Positions 61,910-64,000 of a DNA stretch of 64,000 nt are shown here, one piece after another. The position numbers were made by a program, and so were the translations under genes. This DNA is from Octopus bimaculoides. Taxonomy: Eukaryota. The stretch spans positions 146,061,208-146,125,207 of the forward strand of contig NC_068984.1 of assembly GCF_001194135.2 (NCBI RefSeq), in the 5' to 3' direction. The first letter of the stretch is position 1; each line of letters begins with the position of its first letter. Under the pieces are notes generated by a model. The model ran no database searches, had not been told where the DNA came from, and saw only the letters and a program-made list of their open reading frames with translations.

Positions 61910-62334
61910 TATGCACACAAACACACACACACTCATGCATACAGACGTGTGCGTATGTGTATATATATACATAAAATTTTTCTGAAGAAATTACTGTTTT
62001 CCTTTTTTTTTTTTCCTGTTTGTTGATTTTTTTGTTTGTTTCTTTTTTTCCCTATGTTTGTTGATTTTTTTTTTTTTTCTCTTTTGTTTTTGTAAAACAA
62101 GCATCAACTTTTAGAATTTTAACAAATTTGTTTCTTTCTTTGAACTGAATTTCATGTGGAAATTGAAAAGAAGTAAGAAAAATGAAAATAGCGAACAAAC
62201 AAAACAAAGCAAAAGAAAAACACAACCACTGCAAAAACTCTGACCCTGCGTTTCACCAAAGGTTTGAAACATCACAATGAATGAAGGACGACAACCTGTG
62301 AAGATTTTCATTTGGCTAAAGAAACTTTATTACA

Positions 62335-62545
62335 GTGAGCTGTCAGAATCATTAGCAATGCTGGGCAAAATGTTTGGGGGAGCATTTTGTCTGCCTTGAC
62401 ATTCTGGGTTCAAATTCTGCCATGGTTCACTTTACCTTTCATCCTTTCATGATTGATAAAATAAGCACCAGTTGAAGACTGGGGTCGATACAATCGACTC
62501 ACCCACCCCTAAATTTGCTGGCCTAGTGCCAAAATTTGAAACCAT
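62335..62545 (+). mobile_element. SINE family B
   Basis: gtgagctgtcagaatcattagc head; tail gaaaccattattatt. Confidence 0.85.
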
Positions 62546-64000
62546 TATTATTATTATTTGTTTCTTATTTTGTTTTTTTGTTTTTTTTTTACCCTCAGTC
62601 ATCATAAAGGGGGCATTGCTCCAGCATGGCCCTGGCAAATGTTGCCAAAGAATGTCAAATAAGATTTTATGTTTTGTAATTTTCATGTGACTTTTTTCTT
62701 TTTTTATTAACTTTCATTGATGTCATTTCTTCCTTATTTTTTTTCTCCTTTCATTTTTATGTCCTCATTTCTTCTCTTCTTCTTTCTCATTGTTGTCTAC
62801 CATTTCCTTGTTCTCTCTCTCTCTCTCTCATTGCTTCACATCCTCTTCTTTTTTTCTCCATCCCTCTTCAACCCCCCCCCCCTCCTTACTATGCTCAACA
62901 ACAACAGCAACACCACCAGGAAGAAACTCTGGCTGGACAACATCCAGAAAGACCTGAATTCTGTTTAACCAAAACCTGCCATGACCNNNNNNNNNNNNNN
63001 NNNNNNNNNNNNNNNNNNNNNNNNNNNNNNNNNNNNNNNNNNNNNNNNNNNNNNNNNNNNNNNNNNNNNNNNNNNNNNNNNNNNNNNNNNNNNNNNNNNN
63101 NNNNNNNNNNNNNNNNNNNNNNNNNNNNNNNNNNNNNNNNNNNNNNNNNNNNNNNNNNNNNNNNNNNNNNNNNNNNNNNNNNNNNNNNNNNNNNNNNNNN
63201 NNNNNNNNNNNNNNNNNNNNNNNNNNNNNNNNNNNNNNNNNNNNNNNNNNNNNNNNNNNNNNNNNNNNNNNNNNNNNNNNNNNNNNNNNNNNNNNNNNNN
63301 NNNNNNNNNNNNNNNNNNNNNNNNNNNNNNNNNNNNNNNNNNNNNNNNNNNNNNNNNNNNNNNNNNNNNNNNNNNNNNNNNNNNNNNNNNNNNNNNNNNN
63401 NNNNNNNNNNNNNNNNNNNNNNNNNNNNNNNNNNNNNNNNNNNNNNNNNNNNNNNNNNNNNNNNNNNNNNNNNNNNNNNNNNNNNNNNNNNNNNNNNNNN
63501 NNNNNNNNNNNNNNNNNNNNNNNNNNNNNNNNNNNNNNNNNNNNNNNNNNNNNNNNNNNNNNNNNNNNNNNNNNNNNNNNCGAAGGGTCAATCTGAAAGA
63601 GTAGTATCCACTATTTTCCTCCTCCACAGCATACGAACTTATTCAAAGTTAGAAACTACACCTTCAAAAATAATCTCTCTCTGATTGACAGAAAGGCACT
63701 TGCTAACAATGGAACAGTCACTTAAATCCAGAAATATTCCACACAAACGTTTAATATGAGGATGATAATGATGATGATTAACATAGGCATTGGTATCATG
63801 CAGAAGTGTACATACAAGAGGTTATATAATAAAATAGCAGAGACCAGGCTGTAATATAAATATATATCAAAATGTGAAATAATTATTATGAGGTATTGTA
63901 TAATAATGATACAGAAGTCTCTAATGAAGTGGACGGCAAGCAAGATGTTACAAAGGACTTATAGTGATACAGTCAATAGAAATAAAGGTGATACAGTATT

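Overview
Eukaryotic, AT-rich, microsatellite-dense genomic DNA with 10 assembly gaps. The SINE/LINE landscape suggests a coleoid cephalopod (octopus-like); that is an inference. The window holds one large plus-strand gene, an orthologue of ZMYND8 (PRKCBP1/RACK7). I assembled 22 GT-AG coding exons (16405..60048) that join in frame into about 1354 aa: N-terminal TRSKD motif, PHD finger, bromodomain, Zn-linker, PWWP, long S/T-rich region, coiled coil, MYND finger and a Q/T/S-rich tail. The introns contain at least four tRNA-derived SINE families, RTE LINE fragments, five R4/Dong-like RLE retrotransposon ends, a Helentron-type HINE, several MITEs and Penelope-like remnants. There are no prokaryotic systems, CRISPR arrays or genuine RNA genes. 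The most notable observations are an intronic 10-bp minisatellite that is a perfect tandem array of DR4 nuclear-receptor elements, two degenerate hammerhead-ribozyme motifs, long fold-back elements beside exons (candidate ADAR substrates), microsatellite-targeted and strand-biased retroposon clusters, and a recursive-splice-like AG|GTAAGA site at the last exon. All analysis was by eye; repeat coordinates are approximate and family names need database confirmation.
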